DNA of 64,000 nucleotides, from assembly GCF_001194135.2 (NCBI RefSeq), contig NC_068982.1, positions 90,241,609 through 90,305,608 on the forward strand, read 5' to 3'. The position numbers and the translations under genes were made by a program. The notes beneath the pieces are model-generated. The model saw nothing but the letters and a program-made list of their open reading frames with translations, did no database searches and was not told the DNA's origin. This stretch comes from Octopus bimaculoides. Its lineage: Eukaryota. Each line of letters begins with the position of its first letter. The first letter of the stretch is position 1. Of the stretch, positions 27,383 through 41,737 are shown piece by piece.

Positions 27383-27928
27383 GTAAGAATTACTATTCAT
27401 ATTGTTTTATTTTCTTTTTTTTTCTTTTTTTTTGCGTATATTATTTTCAAGATTTTCGTGATTACAATCGATAATTTCAATTTCGAGTTTCGAATATCAA
27501 GAAAGTAGAATTCCCTGGAAATTGAAACCATTCCATTTAATCACATTTCAAATGGAAATGAATGGCTTAAATAGAGACTGTGGATCAGTTAATTATTAAT
27601 GAAGCAACTATCAGAACACTGAAAAGAAACAAAGTAAAATATCAAACCAAGTATAATCATACAGACTTACCAACATCAATGAAACATCGGCTACTTATTT
27701 TTGAGGGAAGATGAAACCGAAGAATACAACGGTGCACATAAGCACACACAGGTATATATATGTGTGTTGTGCGTGTGCCTACCCATAGTTAGTTTGAAAT
27801 TTTAAGGTGTTTCTATTATTTTGTCCAACCCCTGTTATTTAAGTGTCTGCATATATGTGTGTATTTGCAAACAATTGACACATAATTTTCCGTGTTAACT
27901 GTAAACAAAGGACAATTCATTCATCCAT

Positions 27929-28015
<87 letters not shown>

Positions 28016-28769
28016 CTTACATACATATATACATACACAACACACGCGTGCACACACATATGTGTGTGAGTGTGAGTGTCTGTGTCTGCGCCTGTATACT
28101 GGGGCGGGAAATAAGATTATCTTTAGTTGAACATGGTCAAAATAAGTCTTTTGTTGACATCGGTAATAGAAGCGCTGAAAAAAAACTACACACACACACA
28201 CTCATAATCCTTCCACATGTTCCACTTGCAACCTAGTTTCTCCTCTATTGAGGTTGTTTTTAGTCACTAGAAAGATTTTGCACGAAGCAAAACAAACTAT
28301 TACTGAGTCATTACACTCTAACAGGACATATGCCTGCCAATAACCCAAAAAGCGTTCTGATTCTTCCAATGGTCTGAAGAGACTTAAATCTGTAAATATT
28401 TATAGATGTGTGTCTGTGTGTGCGTGCTTGTATGTGTATGTGTTTTATGTACAACTCACAGCAAATGAGAAAGACTAAAGTAATATAAATATTACAAAGC
28501 CTAGCTTTATGAGGTTGTTTTCATTTTTATTTCGTACACATGTCATCTTTCTGTTATTTATGTCACAAATTTTAACTTACGATTTAAGGATAATGTCTTA
28601 TAGATAAATGAATTGTTGGCAAGAAATATTTAGTGAACAAAGGAACAGAAGTAATTTTTGTCTAAAGATAACGTACTTATATAGATGTCACTGGTGATAC
28701 TAAATAACCAGTTTTGTTAAATAAAATCTTAATTAAAATAAAGATTTCCAGGACAACTATATGTGTAAA

Positions 28770-28838
<69 letters not shown>

Positions 28839-30083
28839 CAAGAAGCTCAAAATAAGCTTAGCTTTTGCTGAATGTATAAGATAAGCTTTCTTTGCTTGAC
28901 GCCAGAATAAGAAATCGCGAAAGGAGAGCAAAATAAATATTAGTTATATCTTCAAGTATTCAACTTTTAACATAAGTTATTTTTCTAAAGATGTTTTTTT
29001 AGTCATTCAATGATACATGAACCAAAACAAGCTAATTATAGATTATCGCCACCTGAAAGACCGTAGGTCTGCCACTCATGTAACAAACGTTGTTTATTCT
29101 TTTATTATTGATGACCAGAAGAAATATATGTATGTACGCAAAGACAGATGCCATATTTCTGCATGGCGTTTAACTGATAAGAGAAATAATATTTCTCAAC
29201 AAGGGAGATATAACTTAGTTTGCTATTATCATCAATGTTTATGTTATTAAATATGCTTAATATTTTCGGTTGTGGCTAAATAAGAATATAAACACACTTT
29301 GTATATGTTATTGATGAGTGAAAATATGAAGAGATTCTCGTCACGGGCCGTTTTACGGGTTTTTGTCCGATAATAAGAGATGATGTGCATAATTGTCTTC
29401 CCCAATCATTGGCACAGTTCACCTGCTTTTTAACGCATCGCAGAAATAAATTATACCTGCACATTAGTGGATATTCTAAGTTGCATATTTGTGCCTCTTC
29501 GTCTCTAAATGATATTGATTTTGTACAAAACACAACGGTAAACAGATGAGCTGGAATAAATTTAAATATTTCTAAAGCTGGACTAAAAACGTAAACGTGT
29601 TCTGAGTATTATTATTATCATTATTTGTTTTATTCTTTCAGTTTTGTTTCCATTTCCACCAAGTGTCTTCCCGACACTTAGAGTAGAGAAATTCACTGTA
29701 AACATTGATACGTCATTAAAATAAAAACACCAGATTGTTCATTTACAAAATCAATTAGAGTTATATCTAAAAATATATTTGCATGGAAGGATGTCATTCT
29801 CACAGCGACAATATTGTACTCAATACCTGTGAGGTATCTCTTGAAACAGTCTTTTGCACTTCTTGTAGGGGCGGTAGAGTAGGGATCGTTCTCAAATAAT
29901 TTACAAGAAAATCCCAAAGAATCTATACATTTTTCTCCCTCAGTTACAGCCTCAAGGTGGTGATTATACTAATTGTCTACAATTTTGATTTTATAATGCC
30001 GACATATCAATCAGTGGAGATATTGGCCAACTCTGTAATCCCTTTATGTATGATCTACTGGTGCTAAAACTTTACACCAGGAG

Positions 30084-30084
<1 letters not shown>

Positions 30085-30142
<58 letters not shown>

Positions 30143-30215
30143 CATCATCATCATCATCATCATCGTCATCATCATNNNNNNNNNNCATCATCATCATCAT
30201 CCTCATCATCATTAT

Positions 30216-30269
<54 letters not shown>

Positions 30270-30318
30270 TAGTAGTATCATCATCATCATCATCATCATC
30301 AACATTATTATTATTATA
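30085..30318. repeat. Compound trinucleotide tract (ATT)(ATC)(CAT)(CAG)(AGT)
   Basis: Directly visible, with a 10-N gap inside. Confidence 0.95.
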
Positions 30319-30887
30319 AGCGGTGCAGTTTCTAATAGGGAAAATTTAATAGATTTTGTAGGTGGAATTTACGGTTAGCGTTATAAAGTGGGCAAATTAA
30401 ACCAATATAAAGGTGCCATTAAATTTTATAGGTGAACGAAATTCATCGTCTTTAAATTCCAATAACTGGAGAATTTTTACTGACCAAAATTACTTATGTG
30501 TGGAGCAAAGTTAGGGCTTAGAAAGTTAGAGTTGAACTAGGTCCCTTACAAGAACGTCATTAATGCGAGAACTTTCTTAGATAAATACTAATGCAAATAT
30601 TTACATTTTAGAACGATACACTGCAAATCCAATACAATTATTTGCGTGCTTTAGAACATACGTGAAAACACATGCACGCAACATATACGCATACCTACAT
30701 ACTTTCAAAGTCATCATTCGTATGTATACATATGTGTATATATGTGTATACGCACATATAAAAACTCTGATACACACGCATGCAAAAGCACATACATGGG
30801 CATTACTTTTTTCATACGCATAGACTGTATGAAATTCCAATCAGATATTCCACTATATCTAAAGCTGTGTGTGCGTGTGTGTGTGTG

Positions 30888-30968
<81 letters not shown>

Positions 30969-30973
<5 letters not shown>

Positions 30974-31257
30974 GGTGTATGGCTTAGTCATTAGGGTGTT
31001 GCATTCATTATCTAGTGATCGGGATTTTAATTCCCAGTCTGGGTAGTGCGTTGTGTTCTTGAGCAAAACACTTCATCTCACATTGCTCCGCAATCACTTT
31101 AGCACCTGACATATGGTACTCCATGCACCTGTTCAGACAACATTTATTTGATGAAGAGAGTCGGTTAATGTGCGGTACGAACATTTGATCACTATAAAAC
31201 TATCTGTTGTGCAAGTTGTTCAGCAAAAGCTGAACGCTATGCATACATGTTCATGCA
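30969..31257 (+). mobile_element. tRNA-derived SINE (family C-like) after a (GT)n tract
   Basis: gtgaaggtgtatggcttagt...gtgcgttgtgttcttgagcaaaacacttcatctcac is homologous to 40802-41100. Confidence 0.75.
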
Positions 31258-33496
31258 TACTAAAGCAATTGTAACCAAAAATGAAGATGTGCTATGTTCA
31301 TTCTTTGTCTTTTCCTCTGGATTACACATGTATGAGAATATACAAATGTAGACAATCAAATAATATACAACCATACAAGGTAGACTAACATACATAAAAC
31401 TGAGAAATGACAGTAAGTATAATCGAATTCAATTTAATTCAATATAAACAGTGTCGACTTAAAATAATCATAGTGCAAACAAAACTGTAATATTAATATA
31501 ATAGATTAGCAACGTGATCTGTCGAAATAAAACAGGACATTAGTTTTACTGATAACATTTAAAAGTAACAAGTGAAGTTGAATTAGATCGGCAAAGAAGG
31601 GGACATAAGTGAGAGGTGATTGTGTACATTACTTGAATAAAAATGGGATGTAAATGTACTTACGAGGATGTTGGTAGGCTTCGCTATTACCTGTTTTGGC
31701 ATGTGATACGTGTAAAATAATTTACTGTGTTGAAGATTTTTATGTTTGCTTTACGAAACCAGTTTAGTGTTACAGTTAAATTTGTTTACGAGATCATTTC
31801 GAAAAGTCTGGAGATATATATGTGACACGGTGTGTTATTGGCTTCCTGAAGCTGGTCTAAAATTAATGTTTTCCAAAGAATATTGAGGTGTATATTTCTT
31901 CACTTTAAAGTAAATATGCAAATATAGTGTTCGAAACAGATTGGTTATCAAACATATCGGTGTCGAAGTAGTTGTCGTATTGGTTGGTATGGTTATGTTG
32001 TACGCTATATCAACAGTATCCTACCTTCCCTTTTGAGAGAAAGATGATAGATTATTGCAGCTACGGTTGGTTGAAACTGTTGTGTGATTTTCATTGTTAG
32101 ATTTGGGTGATTTTTCAGGCTTAGAGTTGGCTATTGTTTGTCCGAAGATATTAGTCGTACTATTTGACAACTTCATGTTTTGTTCATTAATTAACTTAGA
32201 ATATTTATTACATTTTCAGCTAGTCTGTGTGGTGGCGGTGGTGGGAGGGGGGGTTAAGTGTGTCTTTTAAAGTGTAAAGTAGCTAATGGTGTGGAAATAT
32301 TTCTACGCTCACCTAGTTCCATGCATGAGTGATTTCGGCCCCCGCACAAATTTCCACACAAATTGAATTTAAACAGCAATAAATATCATTTGATTTAGAA
32401 ATTCAATACCACTTCTGCTTTACCATACTCTTTAACATATCACCATTCTAAAATATTCCTTTTCTCATCCCGCAAAGGCCCAGCTTCAATAAATAATAAA
32501 ACTTATACATACATACATACATACATACATACACAAACAGGCAGACACACATATATGTATCTGTTATGTACGTATGTATGTTTCAAGTTCAGTCTTACAT
32601 TCTTACACGATCCACTGGTCCTTATTTCGATTCATATGTCTGCAAGCAACTAATTACACTTCACTCAGGTAACAGAATTATGCATATAACTGCTACCCTC
32701 AGAAATGTCATTTACAATCTGACGAAATCGTTCGTTGGCGAAATTTCGAAGCTGCTAGCAATCTTTTTCAGTAAAAATAACTTTTATTTTTTCCGACGTA
32801 TACATACCAGATGTTTTTGTAGTTTTTGTTTGAATGTGTTAATGTAAAAATTATACATGAAATGCAAGACATATATGTCTAAAATTATTTTTGTGAAGTA
32901 ATTACAACAACGGAAATAGCAATACATCAAGTTTATATCATAAAGAAATTCCCAATGCCAAATCGTCGGTCACATATATCGTCTATACAAATTTATATTT
33001 AGATAAATCCATACATGTGTTTACAGTTAAGGAATACCCAAAGCTTATTGTGTCAAATTCAAGGGTGCAGCAAGGCTCAGAGTTGTGATATTCTAGTTAA
33101 GTTGCATTGCATTATTCCATTTGTCATATATGGCGAAGTTGTTGAGAATTTTGTTTCGCCACCATGAGATCCTGTGTTCAAGCCCACTGCGTTGACTTTT
33201 AAACGTATTTTACTAAAACCTGGGCGGGTAATCAAAACTTCATGTATGGGATTGGGAAGGTGCAAACTCAGTCAAGGCACTGCAGGAAGAAAGCGTTTGT
33301 ATTTTAAAGTTCTTACCTTGTTACACTATGTCACGCTGATTCTACATGAGAATTACGTGAAAGATATGTCTCAGCCAATTATACGCCCATTCAATAAGCA
33401 TTTAGATACAGTCGTTTGGAAACTCTGCTGGTCATATCACATAGTCAATGAATGAGTTGATCATAATTTTATGCATACATACATACTTACATACAT

Positions 33497-34218
33497 GTCA
33501 TCATGGTATTATCTACCGATGAGACATGACGTTGTAGCAAGGACACACTATAATAAAATCCGTCGGAAGGATAATCCCGAGGATAAAGAAATTAAAACCC
33601 ACAGCCACTTTTAATGAAAAGGAATACTAGTGGAATGTACCAGTGATGACCTCAATAAAATGTAAGCACAGCAGCCATGATATAATGATTTGGGATAGAG
33701 AAGAGAAACTGTGTAAAATTGTAGAAACTAGCTGCCCAGTGAAAAAGAGAACACCTATGTTGAACTATTGAGAAATCTAAAGTTACTCTATCCAGATTAC
33801 AAGTACAGGTTCATACCTGTAATTATTAGGGCCCTGGAATATATAACACACTACCTAAATACCAATCTTGAGAAATTAGGCTTCTCAAAACCAGAAAAGA
33901 GAAAACTAATTCGAAAGCTACAGATCCGATCCATCACTGGAACTGTAAAAATCTGTAAAACTTTCCAGAAGTTTATCATTCAAATATATACGAGCATGTT
34001 TAGATATGTAACTCTATGCATGAAACTACATACATAAAACATACAAATGTGCACATACATGCATAAATACATTTATACATACATATATACATACATACAT
34101 ACAAACAAAAATACCCTGTTGTTGATATTGAAATTCTAATGAAGGAACCTTGGATCTAGGTTAGAAACCGGTTCTTTCTCTATTGGCAGGAAATCTTGAA
34201 ATAAACTGAATCATGACA
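33497..34218 (+). mobile_element. 5'-truncated R4/Dong-type LINE 3' end (RLE domain plus putative 3' UTR)
   Basis: SSWYYLPMRHDVVAR (from 33498)...KEY*WNVPVMTSIKCKHSSHDIMIWDREEKLCKIVETSCP...ELLRNLKLLYPDYKYRFIPVIIRALEY...LQIRSITGTVKICKTFQKF. Flanked by (TACA)n on both sides. Confidence 0.85.
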
Positions 34219-34234
34219 TATATGCATACATACA

Positions 34235-34268
<34 letters not shown>

Positions 34269-34280
34269 CATGAATACATT

Positions 34281-34585
34281 GTTAGGCAAGTCAATATACA
34301 AAGTATATTAAATACTTGAAATACAAAAAATGTATGTTTACATACAAAAGGGTCTGACTTACACAGAATAGAAATGATATCAAGAATTAAAAGGGTTGAA
34401 GAAAAGAATTACAAATACAACAGCTGTTTCTGGGGCTCGGTGGTCCAAACTAAAGTTTATAGATTGATTACATCGTCGGATGAGACGAGCCTTCGTCTTC
34501 AGGAAAGAGAACTTGCATTTCAGGTATTGACAAATTTCTGTCAACACCTCAAATGTAAGATCTCTTATGTATTGACCTGCCTAAC
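34281..34585 (-). mobile_element. 305-bp TIR-flanked element carrying a hammerhead-like motif
   Basis: gttaggcaagtcaata (34281-34296) and tattgacctgcctaac (34570-34585) are inverted with 1 mismatch in 16. Minus strand 34502-34415 reads CTGAAGA cgaa GGCTC [48 nt] GAGCC cca GAAAC AGCT GTT. Confidence 0.55.
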
Positions 34586-35478
34586 TTGCATGTTTTCACA
34601 TTTACTCCTTAACCTGCTCAAATTTAAACTTCTTGAGCACTACTAAATGTCTTCTATATGGAGAATATTCGATTCTTATCTATGGACTATATACATACAT
34701 ACACACATACACACATACATATATTCGTTTTCATTGGAGAGGGCAGATAGAATAAATGCAAACTCTGTACTAGAATCAATTCATCTCAAAACTTATAAAA
34801 ATGTCTGGCTTGGTGTCAATTAAATCTGTAACCGATTGCTTGCGGCTATATCTTTAAACGTCATGAATATGTTTTATGTCTTTTTGTTCATTGCTTTTGC
34901 TACCGTCGATGCAATCTTTTGAGAAGCTCCTTCTGTCTCTCTTTCTCCCCCCCCCATCTCTCTCCCTCTCTCTTACACACACATATAATAATGGATGAAG
35001 GAAACGGAAGATGGATTTAGTACAAGTGTTTATTTGTTACGATGATCGTTTCGACTCATCCTGAAACTGTCCGTCATGGGTAAGATTTTGTGCATCAATT
35101 GTGTTGTATCGAAATGATCCACATACTGAATAAAGACTAGCACCAAATTTATCTTCCGTTTTCTTCATCACTTGTTAGTCTCTCAACTAACACTGCGGAA
35201 TTTCTGAAGTAGATCCATCGGAAATATACTCTAACCGTAGATGACACGAGGTAGCCCAACCTGTGAACGGGCTTTACTCAACAGACTAATTGACTTATAC
35301 AAACTAGCCGCAGAACAAAATTACATGTATATATATATATGTATGTATGTATGTANNNNNNNNNNNNNNNNNNNNNNNNNNNNNNNNNNNNNNNNNNNNN
35401 NNNNNNNNNNNNNNNNNNNNNNNNNNNNNNNNNNNNNNNNNNNNNNNNNNNNNNNNNNNNNNNNNNNNNNNNNNNNNN

Positions 35479-35521
<43 letters not shown>

Positions 35522-37649
35522 GTATGTATGTATGCATGTATGTATGTATGTATGTATGTATGTACACACACATCATAGTACAAGAAGATGGACTCAACAG
35601 GCTTCAATTCAAATCACAACAATTGTTTCTGTGCATTAGCATCAGCTGTTAATTAGTGAGTGTTTCACATAATAATAGTTGCGTACCTGCCCGTCAACAA
35701 GTGAGTGGCAGTCTGTTCCTTTCAGAGTTTAACCTCTTCTTGTGCCTGTAATTGCTTTTTCCCAGCGTGTGATCTTAAATGACTTTTGAGCTCTGAAAGG
35801 CGTTTCAAGAGCTGATCTTATATATGTATATGTATACGTATATATATGTGTGTATGTGTGCGTGTGAGTCTGTATATATATATCTGTGTGAGAGTGTGCG
35901 CGTGTGTTTGTGTGTGAATATGCGAGTGTGCGAGCGTGCGTGTGTGTGTATGTGTGTGTGCGTGCATGTTGTGTATAAAATGTGAAGGTCATAAACCTTC
36001 TCGTAAGATTGCATCGACAACGTTGCAATAGTACACCAGTTAAGCCGAAACTTCCAAATCACCGTTACCCCTATTCCTGTAAAAGTGTATATATATGAGT
36101 GTTTATATGTGAGCATATTTATGAATGTACTCACACACATATACATTCTAGATATGCACAGCTGTTTTTGTTGTTTTTGCTTTGTTTTATTTACTGTATT
36201 GAGAGTTTTGCATTTGTGACTAATCCCTGCTACAATTCTACGCTGCTATAGCATGTAAAAACCAACACAAATTAATAACTAAAAACAAATAACGACCTTG
36301 CCAAGATTTGAATTATTCGGCTTAGTCTATATTTATTTCTTCTGCACTCTAGCGCCGATCAATTTTCTCGCTTCTAAGTCCATCAGACTGAAAATTTATA
36401 GAATTCTTATAATTCACTGACCTCTACTTGTAATATTTGCATTAGTGTTTGGCATGTTATCTGCCAGAAATTTGATAATGGAAGTAAATATGAATTTAAT
36501 ATGTTTGAAAATATGGATTTATTTGGAAGAATTTGCTTCCGTATATACAAACTATAAAAATTTTGCACTGTAGTACTCCACTACCGTTAGACCCAGCATG
36601 CAACCTGGTTTATATTATAGTTCAAAGTAATTACGCTTCACGTACATTGAAATACTTTTGTGGCACTCATAATCGTTACAGCCTCCTAGTTCTTAAGGAT
36701 TTGATGATATTTCCTGTACATTGCTCCGAATTACAAACAGCCCATATCGTGATGACAAATGCCTACTTAATATCCTATAGATAGCTTAAATAGCCATATT
36801 TCAAGAAAATATCAATATATATTAATGGAATTCTAATATTATCAAGTCAGCTTAAAATCACGGTAGCTATTTATATGGAAGTGACACAATAGTCTTGGTG
36901 TTGTTAATGCTGATATAATAACTGTCCCCATCATTATAATAACTTCAAACTTTCTCAGAGTACACTTTAATCTTTATTTAAATCTAGAGAGAGCTATAAA
37001 TACTTTGTTATAATGGATTTACGCGCAAGTTGATGGAGTCGTGGCACAATTCTAAGTTTTGATATGTTAGGTAGCGTATTCTGTTCTTGCAAACAATTGT
37101 TGTCCTCCTTTGAAAAATCGGTCAGTGTCGAAGTTATTTTCCTAATTAATTAGTTAACTCAGCTTGATTAGCTTGGATGTGAGAGTACAGATAGTAAACC
37201 AACAATGAATGAAAATAATGCATATTGTATAAGTTTTTTGGCGGCCGTACAAAGTTGAACAATTTACCAATAAATAGTACTTTCCTCTAAAATTTATTTA
37301 CTATCTTCTTCACGAAAGAGTTGGGGACTAAATATGATATTACTGGTACATTTTCATTGGAATAATGAAGTTATATTCGTCATTTATAAACACACAAAAA
37401 CTTAACTTCATTAGATATTTATTATTTAAATTTTAATCGCATTAAATGCCCCATGGTCAATGACGCAGTTGCACTGAGATTAGTTAACTGTCTTTTTGTG
37501 TGTTTGGATTGGCTAATATGTGTCTTCTATGTTGTAATTGTTTTGCTTCCAATACACAATCTCAGATCAAATCACTTTCCTGGTAAGGAAATACCTTCGA
37601 ATAGAAGATTATACACTGTATATACACGCATGCACGTACACGCACGCAA

Positions 37650-37701
<52 letters not shown>

Positions 37702-38812
37702 GCGTGTGTGTGTAGGTATGTACGCATTGGACCCCATTTGCCTTGATCACTATGGAATGAAGCAGTGAACTAGATAACATGAACCATGTGATAATATTAA
37801 GTAAATAAAGGTCTTGACCTCGCCCCAGTAACATTGAAAACATTTTCGGTGATCTTAATAAATGTAGCAGATATATTCTAAATATTTTTAGACACGATCG
37901 TGTTTTCGATTAGTCAGACGTCTCTTAAAATATGTGGACATCTTATGTCTAATAAACTAATAATAAAGAATGTCCTAAAAATCCTCAGTATTTATATAAC
38001 CATCATGTAGATATTGGAGTAGTACGGGAAGAGTCCAAACGCCAAGAATATTAATTCCCATAATTTGCACGTAAATTTCTTCATTGATTTATCAGAATTT
38101 ATCAGTAAATATAGAATTTATATTAATTTATATAAATGAGCTATTATAGTAATTTTACACAAATTTACTACATTTAAACTCAAGAAGAATGCATTTGTTC
38201 TCATTATATTGATACATGATAACTACTTGACCAGCTTATCATTGGAAAAATACATCTCGTTATCTTTTCAAATATTAATAATTTATTAGCTAATCTTCAC
38301 TTAATTAATCACATCTTGATAGCTAATTATTATATTAGTGATAAAGATAACGACGACGACGAGCGTAATGAAGATGAATCGATGACAACGACAACGATGA
38401 TGACGATGATGACGATGAAGATGATGATGATGATGACGACGACGATGACGACGATGATGATGATTACGATAATGAAAATGGTGGTGATGATGTGTAATGA
38501 TCAAGCTGATGAAGACGGAGATAACAAGCAATCAGTGAGATAAGACTAAACGACTCCGCAAAAATAAAAGAAAAATGAATATTAAATTGAATATTAATAC
38601 GTCCAGGACAACACAACCTTCTTACACCTGTTTATTAAACCTGTTTATCTTTAGAATATTAGAATAAATGACGTAATTGTACTGTTGCTGTTGTTGTGTT
38701 GTTATAACTACACTCCACATATTTGTTTACTTTTTATAGTTATTTTATATATTCATATTGCTTCTATGCAGTTTTATATATTTTTTCTATAGATATAAAA
38801 ATAAGAATAGTA

Positions 38813-38814
<2 letters not shown>

Positions 38815-38888
<74 letters not shown>

Positions 38889-38920
38889 CAACAAGAATAA
38901 TAATAATGATAATAATAATA
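38815..38920. repeat. (AAT)n microsatellite
   Basis: Directly visible. Confidence 0.95.
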
Positions 38921-39379
38921 AGAACACTCTGAGAGCGCCAAGGCAACACCAACGTCCTCTCAACGATTAACCAGAGACGATTTTTAAAATGAGAATATCT
39001 GAATTAAACTCGAATGTTCTCACAAACAAGAATACTAAAAATGAACCCGACCGCTCTCAAAAATTAACTGAAAATGAACGGAAAAATAATCTAGAATCCT
39101 TGTCCGATACCTAATGGATCTCAAAGATAATCATGGAATGTGAAGGTGGCTGTAGAAAATTTAGTAACAGTAATAAATAGTTTATCCTTATCTAATACAA
39201 GCCAAAGACAACAAATTCAAAATAGTTTCAAAGGTAGTGGTAATAATAAGCTCTTACTCAGGAATTTTTAAATGAATAGCAGGAGACCTTTTGCTCTTCT
39301 CTTCTCTTAAATTCCGGCCTCCCTTTAGTATCCCTGCCGTTTGAGATCGGTGTATAGGTGTATGTTATATATGTAAGAA

Positions 39380-39677
39380 ACTCGTGCGTGTGCGCATTAG
39401 CCGCGTACATTGGACGATTTGAAGGAAGCTATTCGCGTGGAAGTCGCCCAAATCGACAGAGCAATGCGGGAGAGAGTGGAGGCGAACTTCCAAGAAGGCC
39501 TTCAAAAATGCATCAATGAAAACAGATACCACATGATGGGTCTTCTTTTCCACGCTTGATTTCGACAAATGCTAATTCAAAACGAACACATTGATGTCAA
39601 TAAAATTTGTTTACAGCTAAAATTAATGATTTTGTGAATTTTTCAAAAACATACCTCCTCTCTGTCCCAACTCCGTA
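39380..39677 (+). mobile_element. Tc1/mariner-superfamily transposase C-terminal fragment with probable right end
   Basis: 39404-39559 reads RTLDDLKEAIRVEVAQIDRAMRERVEANFQEGLQKCINENRYHMMGLLFHA*, the typical 'PRTL..LK..I..E...I....L.RV..NF..RL..CI..NG.H' tail. A probable right end ...ccgta precedes a TA at about 39677. Confidence 0.75.
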
Positions 39678-40256
39678 TATAAATATAGAAAATAAGCAAT
39701 GAGAAGTAAGTGAGAGTGACCAGCGGCGTGTATATAAACAATATAGACAACAAATACAGGAATATCAAATAGCACAGACCATTATTTTTCGATTTATTAA
39801 AATCATCTCTGCTTCTATGTGTTGTTCCCCAAAAACAAAAAAAAAATGCATTTGAGAGCATGAGGAGAGATAATCTCAAAATTGAAGAATTTTCGAAAGT
39901 GGGCATAAAATTAAGGAAAACTATATACATAATGTCTGGAAATATGAAGAAAGTGGTGGACGCTTTAGAAGGCATCAACAGCGCGACATGTGTGTGTGTG
40001 TGTGTGTGTGTTTGTGTATGTTTATGTACCTGAGCGTTTATCGTTCACTGTTTCAAATAGAAAGTACGCATAAGCACACAAATGCAAATATGATGAATAG
40101 AGCTGGTCACATACTATTCTCTAGTTACATACCATTCGAATGAGTAGTATATACAAGTGCATAATTACTCTATAGCGATTTGTAGATTCTTTATCGTTGT
40201 GTGAGTGTATATAACATACGCTTGTATATATGTATGTATATATGTAAATATATGTG

Positions 40257-40303
<47 letters not shown>

Positions 40304-40801
40304 NNNNNNNNNNNNNNNNNNNNNNNNNNNNNNNNNNNNNNNNNNNNNNNNNNNNNNNNNNNNNNNNNNNNNNNNNNNNNNNNNNNNNNNNNNNNNNNNN
40401 NNNNNNNNNNNNNNNNNNNNNAATAAATTTTATTCATGTATATAAAAAATAAGAGGAATGACCAGCAAAAGTGGATTCCTATATGCTAGAAATAGATGCC
40501 GAATCTTCGGATTTTTTTAATATGCTAGACCACTGGTTTTAATTGATTAATATCAATTTTTACCCTTATTAATAAATTTTATTCATGTATATATGTGGGT
40601 GGGTGTATGTATGTATCGATCGTCAGTACATCATGCATCCGAAAGGGAAGCGCAGTCTAAGAAATAGGGGCCACCGGCCATTAGGGTCCGACGAGACGTA
40701 TGTAAAACTAAGCGCTTTACAGACGCGAAATTCTGGATAACCTTATGAACCGGCCACATCTATCTTTCTCTGAATACATGCGCGCGCGTGTTTGTATGTG
40801 T

Positions 40802-41100
40802 GTGAGGACTTATGGCCAAGTGGTAAAGGTGCACTCACGATCGTGAGATGGTAGTTTCAATTCCTAGACTGGGCAGTGCGTTGTCTTCTTGAGCAAAACA
40901 CTTCATCTCACGTAGTTCTGTGATCAATTCGATAATTAATTCGCGGAACACAGTGTACTTGCTCAGACAACGTCGATTTCATAGAAAGATTGAGCTAATA
41001 GGCAGCACAAATATTTGATTACTATATGCAAATCATTCTTGCAGATCGTTCGGCAAGCTGAACATGTATAAGTCGTCGTACGTCGTCTTCGACGGAAGAG
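40802..41100 (+). mobile_element. tRNA-derived SINE (family C-like)
   Basis: tggccaagtggtaaagg head; homologous to 30969-31257. Confidence 0.75.
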
Positions 41101-41101
41101 C

Positions 41102-41139
<38 letters not shown>

Positions 41140-41609
41140 NNNNNNNNNNCCCAAATACAGACAAGAATATAACCATATGATGATTACATAATGATTATCA
41201 TATAATGACTATACGTATTGACATCTGTTTAAATTATGCAATATCAAAATAATTTGTATGTGTAAAGCTATTTGGTTAAAAGTGAAACAACTATAGAATA
41301 GATGGATTTACCATGATGTACTCTCATATATGTACTTGCAAGATTCAATTATAGAATGAATATTGCATGTATTTCCACGGTAGCATTATCATACGTGAAT
41401 GAACAAAGCACGATACACAGAACAAAGGTCAGAAAAAGCAAAACTAAGATTACCTCATAACATTTTTTCTTTGTTTTTAGTATAAACGCAAGATTCTAAA
41501 TGACTGGATATAAATAAGGGAAAAAGCATTAATATATGAACGTGTTTGGAGGTTTATAAATTGGGTAGCATGAAAAGATACACATTCATGCGAGTGAAAA
41601 TTGTGAGTG

Positions 41610-41646
<37 letters not shown>

Positions 41647-41737
41647 CAATGTTAATTCTCTAAATGAAGTATTAACAGTACCTGCACGATAAAGTGTAGT
41701 ATATTGCCACTTAAGTGTGGCTGACCCCTAGGGGTGG

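Noticed and set aside
34367-34523. Exon-like segment IEMISRIKRVEEKNYKYNSCFWGSVVQTKVYRLITSSDETSLRLQERELAFQ, phase-compatible with the microexon at 27359
   Set aside because: It lies wholly inside the TIR-flanked hammerhead-like element 34281-34585 and has a weak acceptor. A repeat origin is more likely.
35040-35080. Minus-strand caggatgagtcgaaacgatcatc, a hammerhead-like remnant
   Set aside because: The core is altered and there is no stem II. It is too degenerate to call.
40422-40593. 23-nt direct repeat aataaattttattcatgtatata (40422-40444 and 40571-40593)
   Set aside because: The first copy abuts a gap and is AT-rich. It is probably a contig-edge or tandem artefact rather than a TSD.
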